From an uncultured delta proteobacterium (GTDB taxonomy: Bacteria; Desulfobacterota; Syntrophobacteria; Syntrophobacterales; Syntrophobacteraceae), in NCBI GenBank assembly GCA_963808625.1, contig CAWEHK010000042.1, forward strand, positions 1-64,000: a stretch of DNA of 64,000 bases, written 5' to 3'. Made by a program: the position numbers and the translations under genes. How positions within the stretch are numbered: the stretch's first letter is position 1; each line of letters starts with the position of its first letter. The notes under the pieces are model-generated. The model was not told where the DNA came from. It searched no databases and saw only the letters and a program-made list of their open reading frames with translations. This document shows positions 31,157 to 42,050 of the stretch, piece by piece.

Positions 31157-32776
31157 TCAGCCGAAAACCGGTTCCGGGACAGCCACCGATGGAAACAATC
31201 GCGGGTCCGTGTGAGGAATGAAAAGGGCCCCCCGGAATTCGTTCATAAGCTCCATGTTGACGTTCAACTCAACGTAGGTGATCAGGTTACAGATCCTCTC
31301 GATGTCCCGGAGCAGCGCGCGATCGAGCAGAGCCATCGCCGCCCCGCAGCCGACAGTGTCTCCGAGTCCCTCATAGGTTTCAAGAGGTAAATCGGGAAGC
31401 ATACCGATTTTAATTGCCATCGACGGATCAATATAATTGCCGAACGTCCCGGTCACGTAAAAGTGGCTGAGATCATGAAAGCTCAGCCCCACCTTGCCGG
31501 TGATAATGGTGAGAATAGTGTACATCGCTGCTTTTGACTTAAGAAAAATACCGATGTCGATCTCCGAGATCAACAGGTCCCGGCCATCAGACGTCTCAGC
31601 ACCACGAACGACGACATAAGCCGGTCCATCGGGAGTCTCGACGATGCGGCCGGAGCGCACCTTGCGGTTGATTTTTCCCTGTACCGTCAAAAGTCCCGAC
31701 ATGAACATTTCGGCGATGAGATCGATCAAACCGGAACCGCATATCCCGGCCGCTTTCTCGCCACCCAGGACATGATAGGAGGCTTCCAGGCTGTTCCGGT
31801 CAATCCTGACCCGGTCGATTGCGCCGGGAACGGCCATCATCCCGCGCTCGACCACGCCCCCTTCGAGGGCCGGGCCCGCCGCTCCCGCACAGGCAATGAG
31901 CCAATCGCGGTTGCCCAGCACGACCTCGGCATTGGTCCCGACGTCCACCAGGATGCTGGGCTCTTCGGTGCGATGCAGGCCGACCGCCAGGATGTCGGCG
32001 ATGAGGTCCCCCCCGAAGTAAGCGCCCACGTTGGGCAAGAGATAGAGCAGCGCCCGGGGGTGTGCCGCCAGTTTGAGGTCGGCCGCGTGGCAGATGGGAA
32101 AACGATTTACCGCAGGGTTGTAAGGCTCTTTGCAGATGCTTGCGGGGTCGAGCCCCATCAGGAAATGGCTCATGGTAGTGTTGCCGGCGACGGCAAGAGC
32201 ATACACGTCCAGGTACGAATGGCCCATTTCCTTCAGCATCCGGTGCATGGTGTCATTGAAAGCATCCCGCAGGAGCCTCTGGAGGTGCCTGAGATTGCCT
32301 GCCTTGCGGGCAAACAAAATGCGGGTCAGGATATCCTCGCCATGGACGATCTGGGGGTTCGGGACGGAGTCTTCGGCGAGCACCTTCCCCGTCCGGAGAT
32401 CCAGCAGATAGAAGACCAGCCGGGAACTCCCCAGGTCCACCGCAAATCCCAGGAGCGGACGACAGCGCTCGAAACCGGCAATGACCTCCATCAGCTCCCA
32501 ATGGCAACCATGATATCCGAGCACCGCCGTGACCTTGAAGCGACCCAGGCGGATTTGCCGTGTCAGGTGATTGAGTCGCGCCGGATGGACCCGGATCGGG
32601 CTGAACCCGCGTTGCTTCAAAGCCCGCACCAGCCGGTCCAAATCCCCGGTGTTGTCATTCAGACTGGGCGGGGCGAGCTCGCTTTCGACCGGCTCAACCA
32701 TCGGTTGATGGTTTATCCATGAAGGCACGGCTAAAGGCATCGGATCAAGGCTTTCTCCTGGAGATTTTGCCGGCAA
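31157..32776 (-). CDS. ASKHA-domain RACo / DUF4445 protein (corrinoid reductive activator-like); start uncertain
   Basis: VDLGSS, NPQ..HGEDILTRI, AGNTTMSH, DVGTNAE, GPALEG and GICGSGLID. Confidence 0.88.
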   Translation of the reverse strand: MPAKSPGESLDPMPLAVPSWINHQPMVEPVESELAPPSLNDNTGDLDRLVRALKQRGFSPIRVHPARLNHLTRQIRLGRFKVTAVLGYHGCHWELMEVIAGFERCRPLLGFAVDLGSSRLVFYLLDLRTGKVLAEDSVPNPQIVHGEDILTRILFARKAGNLRHLQRLLRDAFNDTMHRMLKEMGHSYLDVYALAVAGNTTMSHFLMGLDPASICKEPYNPAVNRFPICHAADLKLAAHPRALLYLLPNVGAYFGGDLIADILAVGLHRTEEPSILVDVGTNAEVVLGNRDWLIACAGAAGPALEGGVVERGMMAVPGAIDRVRIDRNSLEASYHVLGGEKAAGICGSGLIDLIAEMFMSGLLTVQGKINRKVRSGRIVETPDGPAYVVVRGAETSDGRDLLISEIDIGIFLKSKAAMYTILTIITGKVGLSFHDLSHFYVTGTFGNYIDPSMAIKIGMLPDLPLETYEGLGDTVGCGAAMALLDRALLRDIERICNLITYVELNVNMELMNEFRGALFIPHTDPRLFPSVAVPEPVFG

Positions 32777-32883
32777 AAGGATGAAAACGACCGTTCAATT
32801 CTTGCCGTTTCTTTTACCATGAAAGACACGAACAGCACGAGAAGTTAAGATTCTCGCAACTTCTCATAAGTATGAGCCAGCCG

Positions 32884-32963
32884 GTCACCTCCGCGTGCTT
32901 TTAGCGGGGGTCCAGCGATCAGAAAGAGACTCTGGATTCCCGCCAAAAGCAAGCGGGAATGAC
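32884..32963. repeat. REP-like palindrome (GTCA...GCGGGGGTCCAG...CTGGATTCCCGC...GCGGGAATGAC family)
   Basis: Same family as the palindrome at 4079-4180 inside the MITE. Confidence 0.8.
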
Positions 32964-33025
32964 GCCCAAGAATTTTCATGGTTCGTTGTGATCCTGCAGT
33001 TATTGAAAAGTTACTACGATTCTCG

Positions 33026-33777
33026 TCAGGTCCACTGAATTTTCGCAAACTTCATCACGTTTACCGTCAGTTCCAGCAAGCCGCAAACCATAACATCGGA
33101 AAGGTCCAACTGAAAGCGGTCATCCAGTTCTTCCAGGGCCTCAAAGATGCGACTTCCGGGTTCCAGGTTGAACCCCAACGCAGAGGCGTTCTGAAAGTGG
33201 GAGGGGCGGCACCAGTGGGGTGGCGTCAGGCTGAAATGCATGCGACACGCAAAGGGTCGGTAGGGATAAATCTGACACCGCTGGCTGTCCAGGAAGGGGC
33301 AGCGCTTTTCCAATTCACGGTAACATTTCGGGAGTAGTTCCGCGAGGTGCTGAGCATCGCACGGTGAGGGTTTTCGTTTGTTTGCTGGCGAAAGACTTCC
33401 ACCCAGAGTTCTTCCGCTTCCAGACAGCGCCGGAAAAACCTCGAAGCCGCTCCGCTTTGCTGCATTCCATGATAGAGATAGATCAGTTCAGCAGTACTGA
33501 CTCCCGTTGGCATTTGGTAACAGCAATGAGGGCACTCAGACTGACACCGGACGATCAATCCGGTATCCCGCAATTGCCTGCGGGAAAGCCTGGTAGATTC
33601 GTCAAACAACTCCACGACTTTCCGAAAGTATCTCAGAAATGACGCGGGCAGGCTCCCATCCACCGGCAGCTTCTCCAAGCCATCCAGACGGGCACTCTCA
33701 AACAGATACCGTTCCATGTGGTGCTGGTAGGCGATGGCCGTCTGTAAGGCATTCTGAATGAGGCTGGCCACTTCCAT
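33026..33777 (-). CDS. YkgJ family cysteine cluster protein (frameshift near 33360)
   Basis: CQSECPHCC and CPFLDSQRCQIYPYRPFACR. Confidence 0.88.
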
Positions 33778-33927
33778 GGAAGAATCGCCTGACCGGGTAG
33801 CCCCTCCTCGATCGGATCATAACCGCTCAGTTCACCAGGAAAAGGTTTGTGGCAGAATCCTTCATCGCAATACCCATTGTCAAACATTCTATATACAATG
33901 TATCTATATTTCACTAAGGTTTTCATC

Positions 33928-33956
33928 TTGACACCTAGTCCGCTTTTCTTTAAACT
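33928..33956 (+). promoter_or_regulatory. sigma70 promoter upstream of the khpA leader
   Basis: TTGACA-N17-TAAACT. Confidence 0.65.
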
Positions 33957-33959
33957 TGC

Positions 33960-34132
33960 AGCTCACTGATGAATTGCAGTTGAGCTTCGGGGTGGTGGCA
34001 GCCCGCCCGGGTTTGATCATGTGGGGCGCCGGGCCCCGCGGCCGTATGGAAATGAGGTTCGGTTTTTCGATCGCGAATTGATCTCCTTCTCGCCGGCGTT
34101 GTCTAAAATCTCATTCCGGCACACGCCCCGAA
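33960..34132 (+). ncRNA. Candidate structured RNA / 5' leader of khpA
   Basis: AGCTCACTG/CAGTTGAGCT hairpin, TTCGGGG/CCCCGAA closing stem and GGAAATGAG/CTCATTCC inner stem. Confidence 0.4.
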
Positions 34133-34225
34133 CATCGCTTTAAGGTTTTGGTCTTATTACAACTAACAGTGGCAGCTTAAAATCATTATCTAATTCTCAC
34201 GGTTCAATTGGAGCGAGAATAACTC

Positions 34226-34471
34226 ATGGAGCACATTCAGATCAAAGAACTTGTGGAAGTCATCGCGCGCGCTTTGGCGGAGAATCCCGAAGCAGTTGAA
34301 GTCAACGAGATCATTGGACAGCAAATCTCCGTGATCGAACTCCGGGCCGCAAAGGTCGATTTGGGCAAGATTATTGGCAAGGAAGGACGCAATGCCCATG
34401 CCTTGCGCACCATAGTCAATGCGGCCGCGACCAAACTCCGCAAACGGGCGGTCCTGGAAATTCTCGAGTAG
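34226..34471 (+). CDS. khpA: KH-domain RNA-binding protein
   Basis: [12 protein letters not shown]...[20 protein letters not shown]...LEILE. Confidence 0.9.
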   Translation: MEHIQIKELVEVIARALAENPEAVEVNEIIGQQISVIELRAAKVDLGKIIGKEGRNAHALRTIVNAAATKLRKRAVLEILE

Positions 34472-34508
34472 GGTTTGAGAAAACCTTTTCCGCAAGAGCA
34501 AGAGAAAG

Positions 34509-34802
34509 ATGCCCGAAGCTGGAAATGAGGGACCGGAAGCTCGCCTTCGCGACGAGGGGCAGCCCGCTTGTTTTGGTGACCCGGGGCGGGTGTGTCCGAA
34601 GGATGACGATGGGATCATCCAGCCCCAGCCCGGATGTGTCTCCTGCGCGTTTTTGAGAAGTTGTCTGCAGCAGGCCCTCCGGCGAGAGGGTATGCTTTTG
34701 GATTCATCCGGGCAAAAACTGGTCTCGAAGACAACTGGTTTTCTCAAGCGTTGGTCGCAGAAAAAGCTCGCCCAAGAAGGCCCGCCGGACCACTCCGCCT
34801 AG
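34509..34802 (+). CDS. Small four-cysteine hypothetical protein
   Basis: PACFG...VCP...CVSC...C pattern, ATG start. Confidence 0.65.
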   Translation: MPEAGNEGPEARLRDEGQPACFGDPGRVCPKDDDGIIQPQPGCVSCAFLRSCLQQALRREGMLLDSSGQKLVSKTTGFLKRWSQKKLAQEGPPDHSA

Positions 34803-34858
34803 CCGCGAATCCCAAGCCAAGCAAGAGCGTCGTCCAACCTTTATCGTGAGCCTTTCGT

Positions 34859-35860
34859 ATGCGTTCCATCGAGGCGACTCAGCCCGGGAAAGTAGTCGTC
34901 CTGCACCAGGGAGCTCTCGGGGATTTTCTGCTCGCGCTGCCTGTTCTGGAGGGATTGCACCGCTCTTATCCCCTGATCCGCTTTGATCTCTTCGCAAAAG
35001 CAGAGCACGTCGCGCTTCTTGCCGAAAAGCCGTACGTCGGGAAAGCGCATCCGCCTGATGATTCGGAGCTGGCTCCATTCTTTCACGACGAACTGTGGAG
35101 AGAGGCGAAAACGCCGCGATTCTTCGCTGATGCCCTGGCGACTGTAATCTTTGGACAGGCGGGCAGCCGAGTCTTGGCCGCGAGGCTTGCGGCGCGACTG
35201 CCTTGCCCGGTGCAGTGGATCCAATCATTCCCGGGCTCGGGGTCACCTCTGCACGTGCATCATTTCCTTCTGGAACAATGCCGGCAGTTGGGCTGGCGTG
35301 TGCCAGAATGCCTTCCCGAGCTCAAACCATCCCAGCAGGAGCAGCTCACCATCCGGGAATATTTGCGTCAAAAAAGCCCGACGCTCACTGGTAAACCCAT
35401 TCTCGTCCATCCCGGCAGCGGAGGCTTGCGGAAAATTTGGCCCCTGAAAAACTGGCGGGCACTCCTCCGGTTTCTGCTTGAGCATTACCCGTATCCCGTC
35501 TACTTGAGCCTGGGGCCTGCCGACGAGCGGCTGAGAAGCTTTGCCGGAGCAGTTGAAAAGTTGGGCGCAGTAATCCTGGAAGGATTTTCACTGCCGCGCC
35601 TGGCGGCACTTCTCTCCGAATGCCGGCTCTTTCTGGGGAGTGATTCCGGGGTAAGCCACCTGGCCGCCCTGGTGGGAATTCCGACAGTGGCCATTTTCGG
35701 TCCGACCGATCCGGCTGTCTGGGCCCCACGCGGCCCCCATGTGCATATCATTCGGGAGAGTTGGGAAGAGGCTGAGGTTTTGGCCTGGTCTGAGGACTCT
35801 ACCGCAGCCATGTTGAGCCCGAACGTCCTGGATTTGGTAAGAAGCCTGCTGCCGTCTTGA
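34859..35860 (+). CDS. Glycosyltransferase family 9 (heptosyltransferase-like)
   Basis: GALGDFLL, HPGSGG..K.W, DSGVSHLAA and FGPTDP..WAP. Confidence 0.92.
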   Translation: MRSIEATQPGKVVVLHQGALGDFLLALPVLEGLHRSYPLIRFDLFAKAEHVALLAEKPYVGKAHPPDDSELAPFFHDELWREAKTPRFFADALATVIFGQAGSRVLAARLAARLPCPVQWIQSFPGSGSPLHVHHFLLEQCRQLGWRVPECLPELKPSQQEQLTIREYLRQKSPTLTGKPILVHPGSGGLRKIWPLKNWRALLRFLLEHYPYPVYLSLGPADERLRSFAGAVEKLGAVILEGFSLPRLAALLSECRLFLGSDSGVSHLAALVGIPTVAIFGPTDPAVWAPRGPHVHIIRESWEEAEVLAWSEDSTAAMLSPNVLDLVRSLLPS

Positions 35861-35905
35861 TGCCCCGCAACAACCGCATAACCGTGAAGCTTGAAATTCT
35901 TCTAT

Positions 35906-36078
35906 CTCACCGCGGAGACGCAGAGTGCGCAGAGAGAAACAACCGGTTTTCTCTGCACTGCTAAGACAGACAGAGATAGAGTGTCCAACCCCCTCCCCCG
36001 GTTCAACCTGTCTAGACTCTATCAAGATTTTTGCCCAGCTTCCTGTTTTCTCTGCGCTCTCTGCGTCTCTGCGGTGAG
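35906..36078. repeat. Inverted-repeat element built from 9-mer units, copy 2
   Basis: CTCACCGCGGAGACGCAGAGTGCGCAGAG ... CTCTGCGCTCTCTGCGTCTCTGCGGTGAG. Confidence 0.85.
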
Positions 36079-36114
36079 TTTTAAACCCGTCAAAGTGAAG
36101 GCTGCGCAAGGGAG

Positions 36115-36723
36115 TCAGGGAATAGAGGATACCACTTGGATGCCCTTGGCCTTGAGCTCGGCCAGAATCGGTTTCAAATCGATCTTTTGGAGGCGAATGG
36201 CATAAGTATCTTCCGTCCCCTCCAGCGCCGACGAATGGCAGATGCTGATGATTTTCGCGCCGTGGTCCTGGAGCAGTCGCGTCAGTTCCTGCAGGGAAAC
36301 AAGGGGCGCCGAGGTTTTCACATCCAGGCGTGAGGACTGGGTGAACAATCCCATCATGGAAATGAATGCGGAAAGGATGTCGACGACGGTGATGATGCCG
36401 ACCAGTTTACCCTGCTCGACGACGGGCAGGCCGCCGATGCGCTTCTCGAGGATGAGGTGGGCGGCTTCGTCCAGGGGCATATCGGGGTGGACCGCGTAGG
36501 GTTTGCGCACCATTACATCTTCGAGCGTCAGTTCTTCCAGCATGGAGGCAATCAGTACGCCCCGCAGGTCGGCGTCGGTCACCCAGCCCAGGAGCGTCCT
36601 TTCGGCATCCACTACCGGCAGGTGACGGATCGAGTGCTGTTTCATCAGGGCCAAAGCCTCTTGAATGGACGCTTCCTTCTTAATGCTTACCAATTCTTTG
36701 CTCATGTAATGGCTGACAATCAT
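36115..36723 (-). CDS. CBS + ACT domain protein (AcuB-like)
   Basis: IRHLPVVD, RIGGLPVV..GKLVGIIT..D and a C-terminal ACT-like region. Confidence 0.88.
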   Translation of the reverse strand: MIVSHYMSKELVSIKKEASIQEALALMKQHSIRHLPVVDAERTLLGWVTDADLRGVLIASMLEELTLEDVMVRKPYAVHPDMPLDEAAHLILEKRIGGLPVVEQGKLVGIITVVDILSAFISMMGLFTQSSRLDVKTSAPLVSLQELTRLLQDHGAKIISICHSSALEGTEDTYAIRLQKIDLKPILAELKAKGIQVVSSIP

Positions 36724-36920
36724 CCGGAGTACATCCCGCCGTAAAAGAAATAGCTTTGATTTCCATTAAATTTGCGCTACTGTTAGCAAGAAGTTTGCCA
36801 ACATTCCGTGCACAACCTATGCGATATTCATTTAAAATGCAACAGAAAACTCCCCGGGGGATTGAGACCTGGGGAGCAGGCCGCGGCGGAGATGGGGCGG
36901 AGCGGCGGAGGGTTGTCAGA

Positions 36921-36948
36921 TTGACATTGAAGCGCCATTTGCTATAAT
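36921..36948 (+). promoter_or_regulatory. sigma70 promoter of the pyrG operon
   Basis: TTGACA-N16-TATAAT with an extended -10 TG. Confidence 0.75.
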
Positions 36949-37017
36949 GGTAGAGGCTTTTCACCACAACCGGCAAGGGCTCAGGAGTGACCAAACCGCA
37001 AGAAAAGGAAGGATTCG

Positions 37018-38691
37018 TTGCGCCAGCCAAAATTCATTTTCATTACGGGTGGGGTTCTTTCATCTCTGGGTAAAGGTCTGGCTGCCGCTTCCATCGGTGC
37101 GTTGATGGAAAGCAGAGGATTGCGGGTGACGATCCAAAAGCTGGACCCCTATATCAATGTCGATCCCGGGACCATGAACCCGTTTCAGCACGGCGAGGTC
37201 TTCGTTACGGACGACGGCGCCGAGACTGATTTGGACCTCGGGCATTACGAACGGTTCACTCACGGCGTAATGACGAAGAGAAACAACTACACCTCCGGTG
37301 GCATCTATTATTCGGTCATTATGAAAGAGCGCCGCGGCGATTATCTGGGTGGCACGGTCCAGGTGATTCCGCACGTCACCGATGAGATCAAGGCCTGCAT
37401 TCGGGGTGTGGCGAACGATGTGGACATCGTCATTGTGGAGATCGGAGGCACGGTCGGCGATATCGAAAGTTTGCCCTTCCTGGAAGCGATTCGCCAGTTC
37501 CGGAACGACGTCGGAAGAGACCACGCGGTCAATATCCACGTCACTCTCGTGCCGTTTATGAAAACCTCCGGTGAGCTCAAGACCAAACCCACCCAGCACA
37601 GTGTCAAAGAACTTCGGGGTATCGGGATTCAGCCGGATGTTCTGCTCTGCCGCACCGAGCACTCGCTTGCCCCCGAGATCAAGGCCAAGATCGCCCATTT
37701 CTGCAATGTCGAGCGGGATGCCGTGATCACCGCCAAAGACGTGGGATGCATCTACGAGGTGCCGTTATTGTTCCACCAGGAAGGTCTCGATGAGAAGATT
37801 CTCCACTTGCTCAACGTCTGGACTCGTTCCCCCATTCTCGAACCATGGGAAAAACTGGTCGGTACTCTCAAACAACCGCTTTACGAGACACACATCGCCA
37901 TTGTCGGCAAATATATCGACCTGAAAGAATCGTACAAGAGCCTCAATGAAGCCCTGGTACATGGCGGAGCGGCGCACAACGCCCGCGTCGTGCTGGATTA
38001 TGTCGATTCGGAAAATGTCGAAAAAGACGGGGGGGAAGCTCTCCTGGAAGGGGCGGATGGGGTCCTCGTGCCGGGCGGTTTTGGTCAGCGGGGCGTGGAA
38101 GGAAAGATCAAGGCCATCCGTTATGCGCGCGAGAACCGGGTCCCGTTTCTGGGGATTTGTCTTGGCATGCAGCTGGCCACGGTGGAATTCGCCCGTCATG
38201 TCGCCGGCCTGGAGAAGGCCCACAGCATGGAATTCGACAAGCATTCGCCCCATCCCGTGATTTTTCTCATGCGGGAATGGTTCGATTACCGCAGCAATCG
38301 CATCATCCGCCGGGATGAGGAATCGAACCTCGGAGGGACCATGCGTCTCGGAGCATATCCGTGCATTCTCGAACCCGGGAGCCTTGCTCTTGAGGCCTAT
38401 GAATATCAGGAAATTTCGGAACGCCACCGCCATCGTTATGAATTCAACAACGATTACCGAGAAATTCTGGGTAAGCACGGCATGCGTTTTACGGGCCTTT
38501 CACCGGACAAGAATCTTGTCGAAATTATGGAGATCCCGGATCACCCTTGGTTTCTAGGCTGTCAGTTTCACCCCGAGTTCAAGTCGCGCCCCATGGATCC
38601 CCACCCGATCTTCAAGGCTTTTGTGGGCAAGGCGCTCGAAGAAACGAGGCGGAAGAACCCTGAAGCCTTTTCAAAGGAACCCGTTTGCTGA
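37018..38691 (+). CDS. pyrG: CTP synthase
   Basis: [27 protein letters not shown] and QFHPE. Confidence 0.98.
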   Translation: MRQPKFIFITGGVLSSLGKGLAAASIGALMESRGLRVTIQKLDPYINVDPGTMNPFQHGEVFVTDDGAETDLDLGHYERFTHGVMTKRNNYTSGGIYYSVIMKERRGDYLGGTVQVIPHVTDEIKACIRGVANDVDIVIVEIGGTVGDIESLPFLEAIRQFRNDVGRDHAVNIHVTLVPFMKTSGELKTKPTQHSVKELRGIGIQPDVLLCRTEHSLAPEIKAKIAHFCNVERDAVITAKDVGCIYEVPLLFHQEGLDEKILHLLNVWTRSPILEPWEKLVGTLKQPLYETHIAIVGKYIDLKESYKSLNEALVHGGAAHNARVVLDYVDSENVEKDGGEALLEGADGVLVPGGFGQRGVEGKIKAIRYARENRVPFLGICLGMQLATVEFARHVAGLEKAHSMEFDKHSPHPVIFLMREWFDYRSNRIIRRDEESNLGGTMRLGAYPCILEPGSLALEAYEYQEISERHRHRYEFNNDYREILGKHGMRFTGLSPDKNLVEIMEIPDHPWFLGCQFHPEFKSRPMDPHPIFKAFVGKALEETRRKNPEAFSKEPVC

Positions 38692-38709
38692 GAATCCCGG
38701 AGCGGACCA

Positions 38710-39534
38710 GTGAGCCAAATTGAAGTCTTGGGGCAGGCACTCGGCAGGGACCACTTGTTCGTGATCGGGGGTCCCTGTGTCATCGAGAGCCGGGAAATGG
38801 CGATGACCATTGCCGGGTTTATGAAGGAAGCGTGTGCACGGCTGCAGGTTTCGTATGTGTTCAAGAGCTCTTATGATAAAGCCAACCGCACCTCATGGGA
38901 TGCCTACCGTGGCCCTGGCCTCAGGGAGGGGCTGAACATTCTCGCTTCCATTCGCAGCGAACTGGGCATCCCCGTTCTGACGGACGTGCATACGGTTCCA
39001 GAAGCGGAAGAGGCGGCTAGGGTCGTTGATGTTCTTCAGATTCCCGCGTTTCTTGTACGCCAAACCGATCTTCTGGTGGCTGCCGGGAACACGGGTAAAG
39101 CGGTCAATTTGAAGAAAGCGCAATTTCTTGCGCCGGGAGATATGATCCATGCCGTCACGAAAGTTCGTCAGACGAATAACAACAGGATTTTGGTGACGGA
39201 GCGGGGCACCCAATTCGGTTACAACAATCTGGTCGTGGATATGCGTGCGATCGCGATCATGGCGGACTTCGGGCTGCCGGTGGTTTTCGACGCCACCCAC
39301 AGCGTACAGCTTCCCGGTGGTCAGGGAACGAGCTCGGGCGGCCAGCGCCAGTTTGTTGCTCCTCTCGCCCGTGCGGCCGTCGCCGCAGGTGCTCACGGGA
39401 TCTTTCTGGAGATGCATGAAGACCCCGACCGGGCCCTGAGCGATGGTCCGAATTCTCTGCCGGTGTCTGCCGTGCCTCAACTTTTGGAGGACCTGCTGAA
39501 GGTCTACAATGCGGTGCACGGTGCGAAGCCCTGA
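38710..39534 (+). CDS. kdsA: KDO-8-phosphate synthase
   Basis: GPCVIES, DKANRTS, QIPAFL.RQT and FDATHSVQ.PGG. Confidence 0.97.
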   Translation: MSQIEVLGQALGRDHLFVIGGPCVIESREMAMTIAGFMKEACARLQVSYVFKSSYDKANRTSWDAYRGPGLREGLNILASIRSELGIPVLTDVHTVPEAEEAARVVDVLQIPAFLVRQTDLLVAAGNTGKAVNLKKAQFLAPGDMIHAVTKVRQTNNNRILVTERGTQFGYNNLVVDMRAIAIMADFGLPVVFDATHSVQLPGGQGTSSGGQRQFVAPLARAAVAAGAHGIFLEMHEDPDRALSDGPNSLPVSAVPQLLEDLLKVYNAVHGAKP

Positions 39535-39575
39535 ACCCCTCGGCCGGCCTCGCCGGTTTTCTGCACGGAAGGAAA

Positions 39576-40132
39576 ATGGTGCCACTCAGTATCGATGAAA
39601 AGTTGCGGTCCCGGATTTTGCCCGTTCGCGTGATGATTTTTGATGTGGATGGGGTGTTGACCGATGGCCGCATCATCTATCATGACGATGGCTCTGAAAT
39701 CAAGGCCTTCGATGTCCAGGACGGTCATGGCATTAAGCTCCTGCAAAGGGCCGGCATCGAGGTGGCCCTGATTACCGGACGGTTTTGCCGGGCGGTGGAA
39801 CACCGGGCGCAGGGGCTTGGCATCAAAAGGGTCTATCAGGGCGCCCATGACAAGTTGGAGGCGTATCGAGGAGATTTTGGCCGAAACGGGCGTGGCGCGA
39901 AAGGAAATAGGGTTCATGGGCGATGACCTCATTGATATCCCACTGTTGCGCAGAGTTGGGTTTGCGGTGGTGGTGCCCAATGCCGTTTCCCATGTGATCC
40001 CCTATGCCCATTATGTCACCAGGGCCGAGGGAGGTCGTGGCGCCTGCCGCGAGGTCTGCGAGCTGCTGTTGCGGCGTCCAGGGTTTGTGGGAAGAGGTAA
40101 CCGCACGTTATTTCGGAGATCTCTCACCGTGA
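39576..40132 (+). CDS. kdsC: KDO-8-phosphate phosphatase (two frameshifts)
   Basis: FDVDGVLTDG, GDDLIDIP and GGRGACRE. The stop overlaps the lptC GTG. Confidence 0.92.
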
Positions 40133-40717
40133 GGGTTCCCCGAAGACTGGCTCAGGGTCTGGCCCTGACTTTCGTTCTGGGGTTGACGATGGTGCTTGTC
40201 GTCGGCATCTGGAAAGGAAGGACGCAGAAGGAGCAGCAGGCGGTTCAAACAACCGCCAAGAGTGACGCCGAAATGAGGCTCGGCGATATGGAGTATACCG
40301 AACTGCAGGAAGGAAAACACCTGTGGACCATCAGGGCGGCAGAGGCAAAGTATTTTCAGGAGGAACAGAAAACCCTCCTGTCATCGGTACGCATTACCTT
40401 TTTCCTTGAAAATGGTGAGGAAATCCAACTGGGAAGTCAAGAAGGAGCGTTGTACGCGGGCACCAAGGACATCGCCCTGTGGGGGGCCGTTCAGGCGGTG
40501 CTGCCGCGGGGATACCAATTGTCCACCGAGCGGGCCTTTTATGATCACCAAAAGAAGGACCATTTCTTCCGAAACACCGGTTCACCTCGGAGGGCCGGAT
40601 ATTCAGCTTGAAGGAAAGCATTGGGAATACCGGATCGCGGAAAATAAGGCAGTGGTTGAAGGTGGGGTTCAGGGGGCGCTGGTCTTCCTGCCGTCAAGAA
40701 TGAAACCGGTGCAGTGA
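40129..40717 (+). CDS. lptC: LPS export protein LptC (frameshift near 40555)
   Basis: N-terminal TM anchor, beta-rich body, and position between kdsC and lptA. Confidence 0.82.
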
Positions 40718-40724
40718 GGTCGAG

Positions 40725-41297
40725 ATGATGCGTCGCCGCTTTAGGGATTGGTCGTTGGTTGCTTTTTGTTTGCTCTTTCTGGTGGTGACCCCGGTCGTCG
40801 CTTCGGGGCAGAAAAGCCCGCCGGGAAAGCGCGCCACCAGTACCGGACCGGCAAAAATGCTGCAGAGCGACTCGCCTCTGAAAATTGCGAGCGATCGCAT
40901 GGAAGCGAATCAAAATGACAGAACGGTTCTCTTTGAAGGCCATGTTGTGGTGCAGCAGGACGATCTGACGATAACCGGGAAGCGGCTCAAGGTCTATGCC
41001 GCAGAAGGGGGTAAGGACGCCGCCGCACAATCAGCCATGGTGGAAAAGATTGATCGGATCGAAGTCGAAGGAGAAGTCACCATCAGTCAGAAAGACAAGG
41101 TGGCTACTGCCGAGCGGGCTGTCTACTACCACCAGGAACAAAAGATCGTGTTGAGCGGACAACCCAGTGTGACCCAGGGGCAGGATAGAATTCAGGGGCG
41201 TCTCATAACCCTCCTTCTCGCCCAGGGGAAGAGTATCGTCGAAGGCGGTGCGGAAACACCGGTCCAGGCCGTGCTCCACCCGGCGAAGAAGGAGTAG
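40725..41297 (+). CDS. lptA: LPS transport periplasmic protein
   Basis: Signal peptide, PLKIASDRME, FEGHVVVQQ, and synteny. Confidence 0.9.
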   Translation: MMRRRFRDWSLVAFCLLFLVVTPVVASGQKSPPGKRATSTGPAKMLQSDSPLKIASDRMEANQNDRTVLFEGHVVVQQDDLTITGKRLKVYAAEGGKDAAAQSAMVEKIDRIEVEGEVTISQKDKVATAERAVYYHQEQKIVLSGQPSVTQGQDRIQGRLITLLLAQGKSIVEGGAETPVQAVLHPAKKE

Positions 41298-41300
41298 CTC

Positions 41301-42038
41301 GTGTCGCCCCCGGCGAAAAGCCTGGCCGTGCGTGATCTCGTCAAAACCTACAAGGGGCGTTGTGTCGTCAACGAGGTAACCCTGGGTGTGGAACCGGGCC
41401 AGATTGTGGGACTCCTTGGTCCGAACGGGGCCGGCAAATCCACCACCTTCTACAGCGTGGTGGGGATCATTCGCCCTGATCGTGGGGCCGTCATTTTGAA
41501 CGGTGAGGACATCATTCATATGCCGATGTACCTCCGCGCCAGGAAAGGCGTCACCTACCTGCCGCAGGAGCCGTCGGTGTTTCGCAAACTGAGTGTGGAA
41601 GAAAACCTGCTGGCCATCCTGGAAACGATGAATATCGGCAAGCAGGAACGCCGGTTGCGGTTGGAGGAATTGCTGGCGGATTTGAATATCTCTCATCTGG
41701 CCAGGAATCGGGCCGATCGCTTGTCCGGCGGCGAGCGCCGGCGGGTTGAGATCAGTCGCGCGCTGGTAACCCAGCCTGATTTCATTTTACTGGATGAACC
41801 CTTTGCCGGCATCGATCCCATTGCCGTTCTCGAAATCCAGGGTCTTATTCGTTCCCTCAAAGCCAAGGGCATCGGCGTGCTCATCTCCGATCACAATGTT
41901 CGCGAGACGCTAAAGGTCTGTGATTGGGCCTACATCATGCACGAGGGAAAGATTCTGGAAGCGGGGGACCCGGTGACGATCTCGCAGAGCGATCTGGCTC
42001 GCCGAACGTATCTGGGAGATCAATTCAGTTTGTCGTAA
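41301..42038 (+). CDS. lptB: LPS export ABC ATPase
   Basis: GPNGAGKST, YLPQEPSVFRKL, LSGGERRRVEI and DEPFAGIDP. Confidence 0.96.
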   Translation: MSPPAKSLAVRDLVKTYKGRCVVNEVTLGVEPGQIVGLLGPNGAGKSTTFYSVVGIIRPDRGAVILNGEDIIHMPMYLRARKGVTYLPQEPSVFRKLSVEENLLAILETMNIGKQERRLRLEELLADLNISHLARNRADRLSGGERRRVEISRALVTQPDFILLDEPFAGIDPIAVLEIQGLIRSLKAKGIGVLISDHNVRETLKVCDWAYIMHEGKILEAGDPVTISQSDLARRTYLGDQFSLS

Positions 42039-42050
42039 TGAGGCAGGATA

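Noticed and set aside
33960..34132. Assignment of the structured region as SRP RNA, tmRNA or tRNA-Sec
   Set aside because: No SRP GGAA/GCAGC loop, no T-arm consensus and no CCA end. Kept only as an unknown candidate.
1335..40717. Widespread frameshifts read as mass pseudogenisation or programmed recoding
   Set aside because: They hit housekeeping genes, are single-base indels (several in homopolymers), and leave motifs intact on both sides. This pattern fits long-read assembly error.
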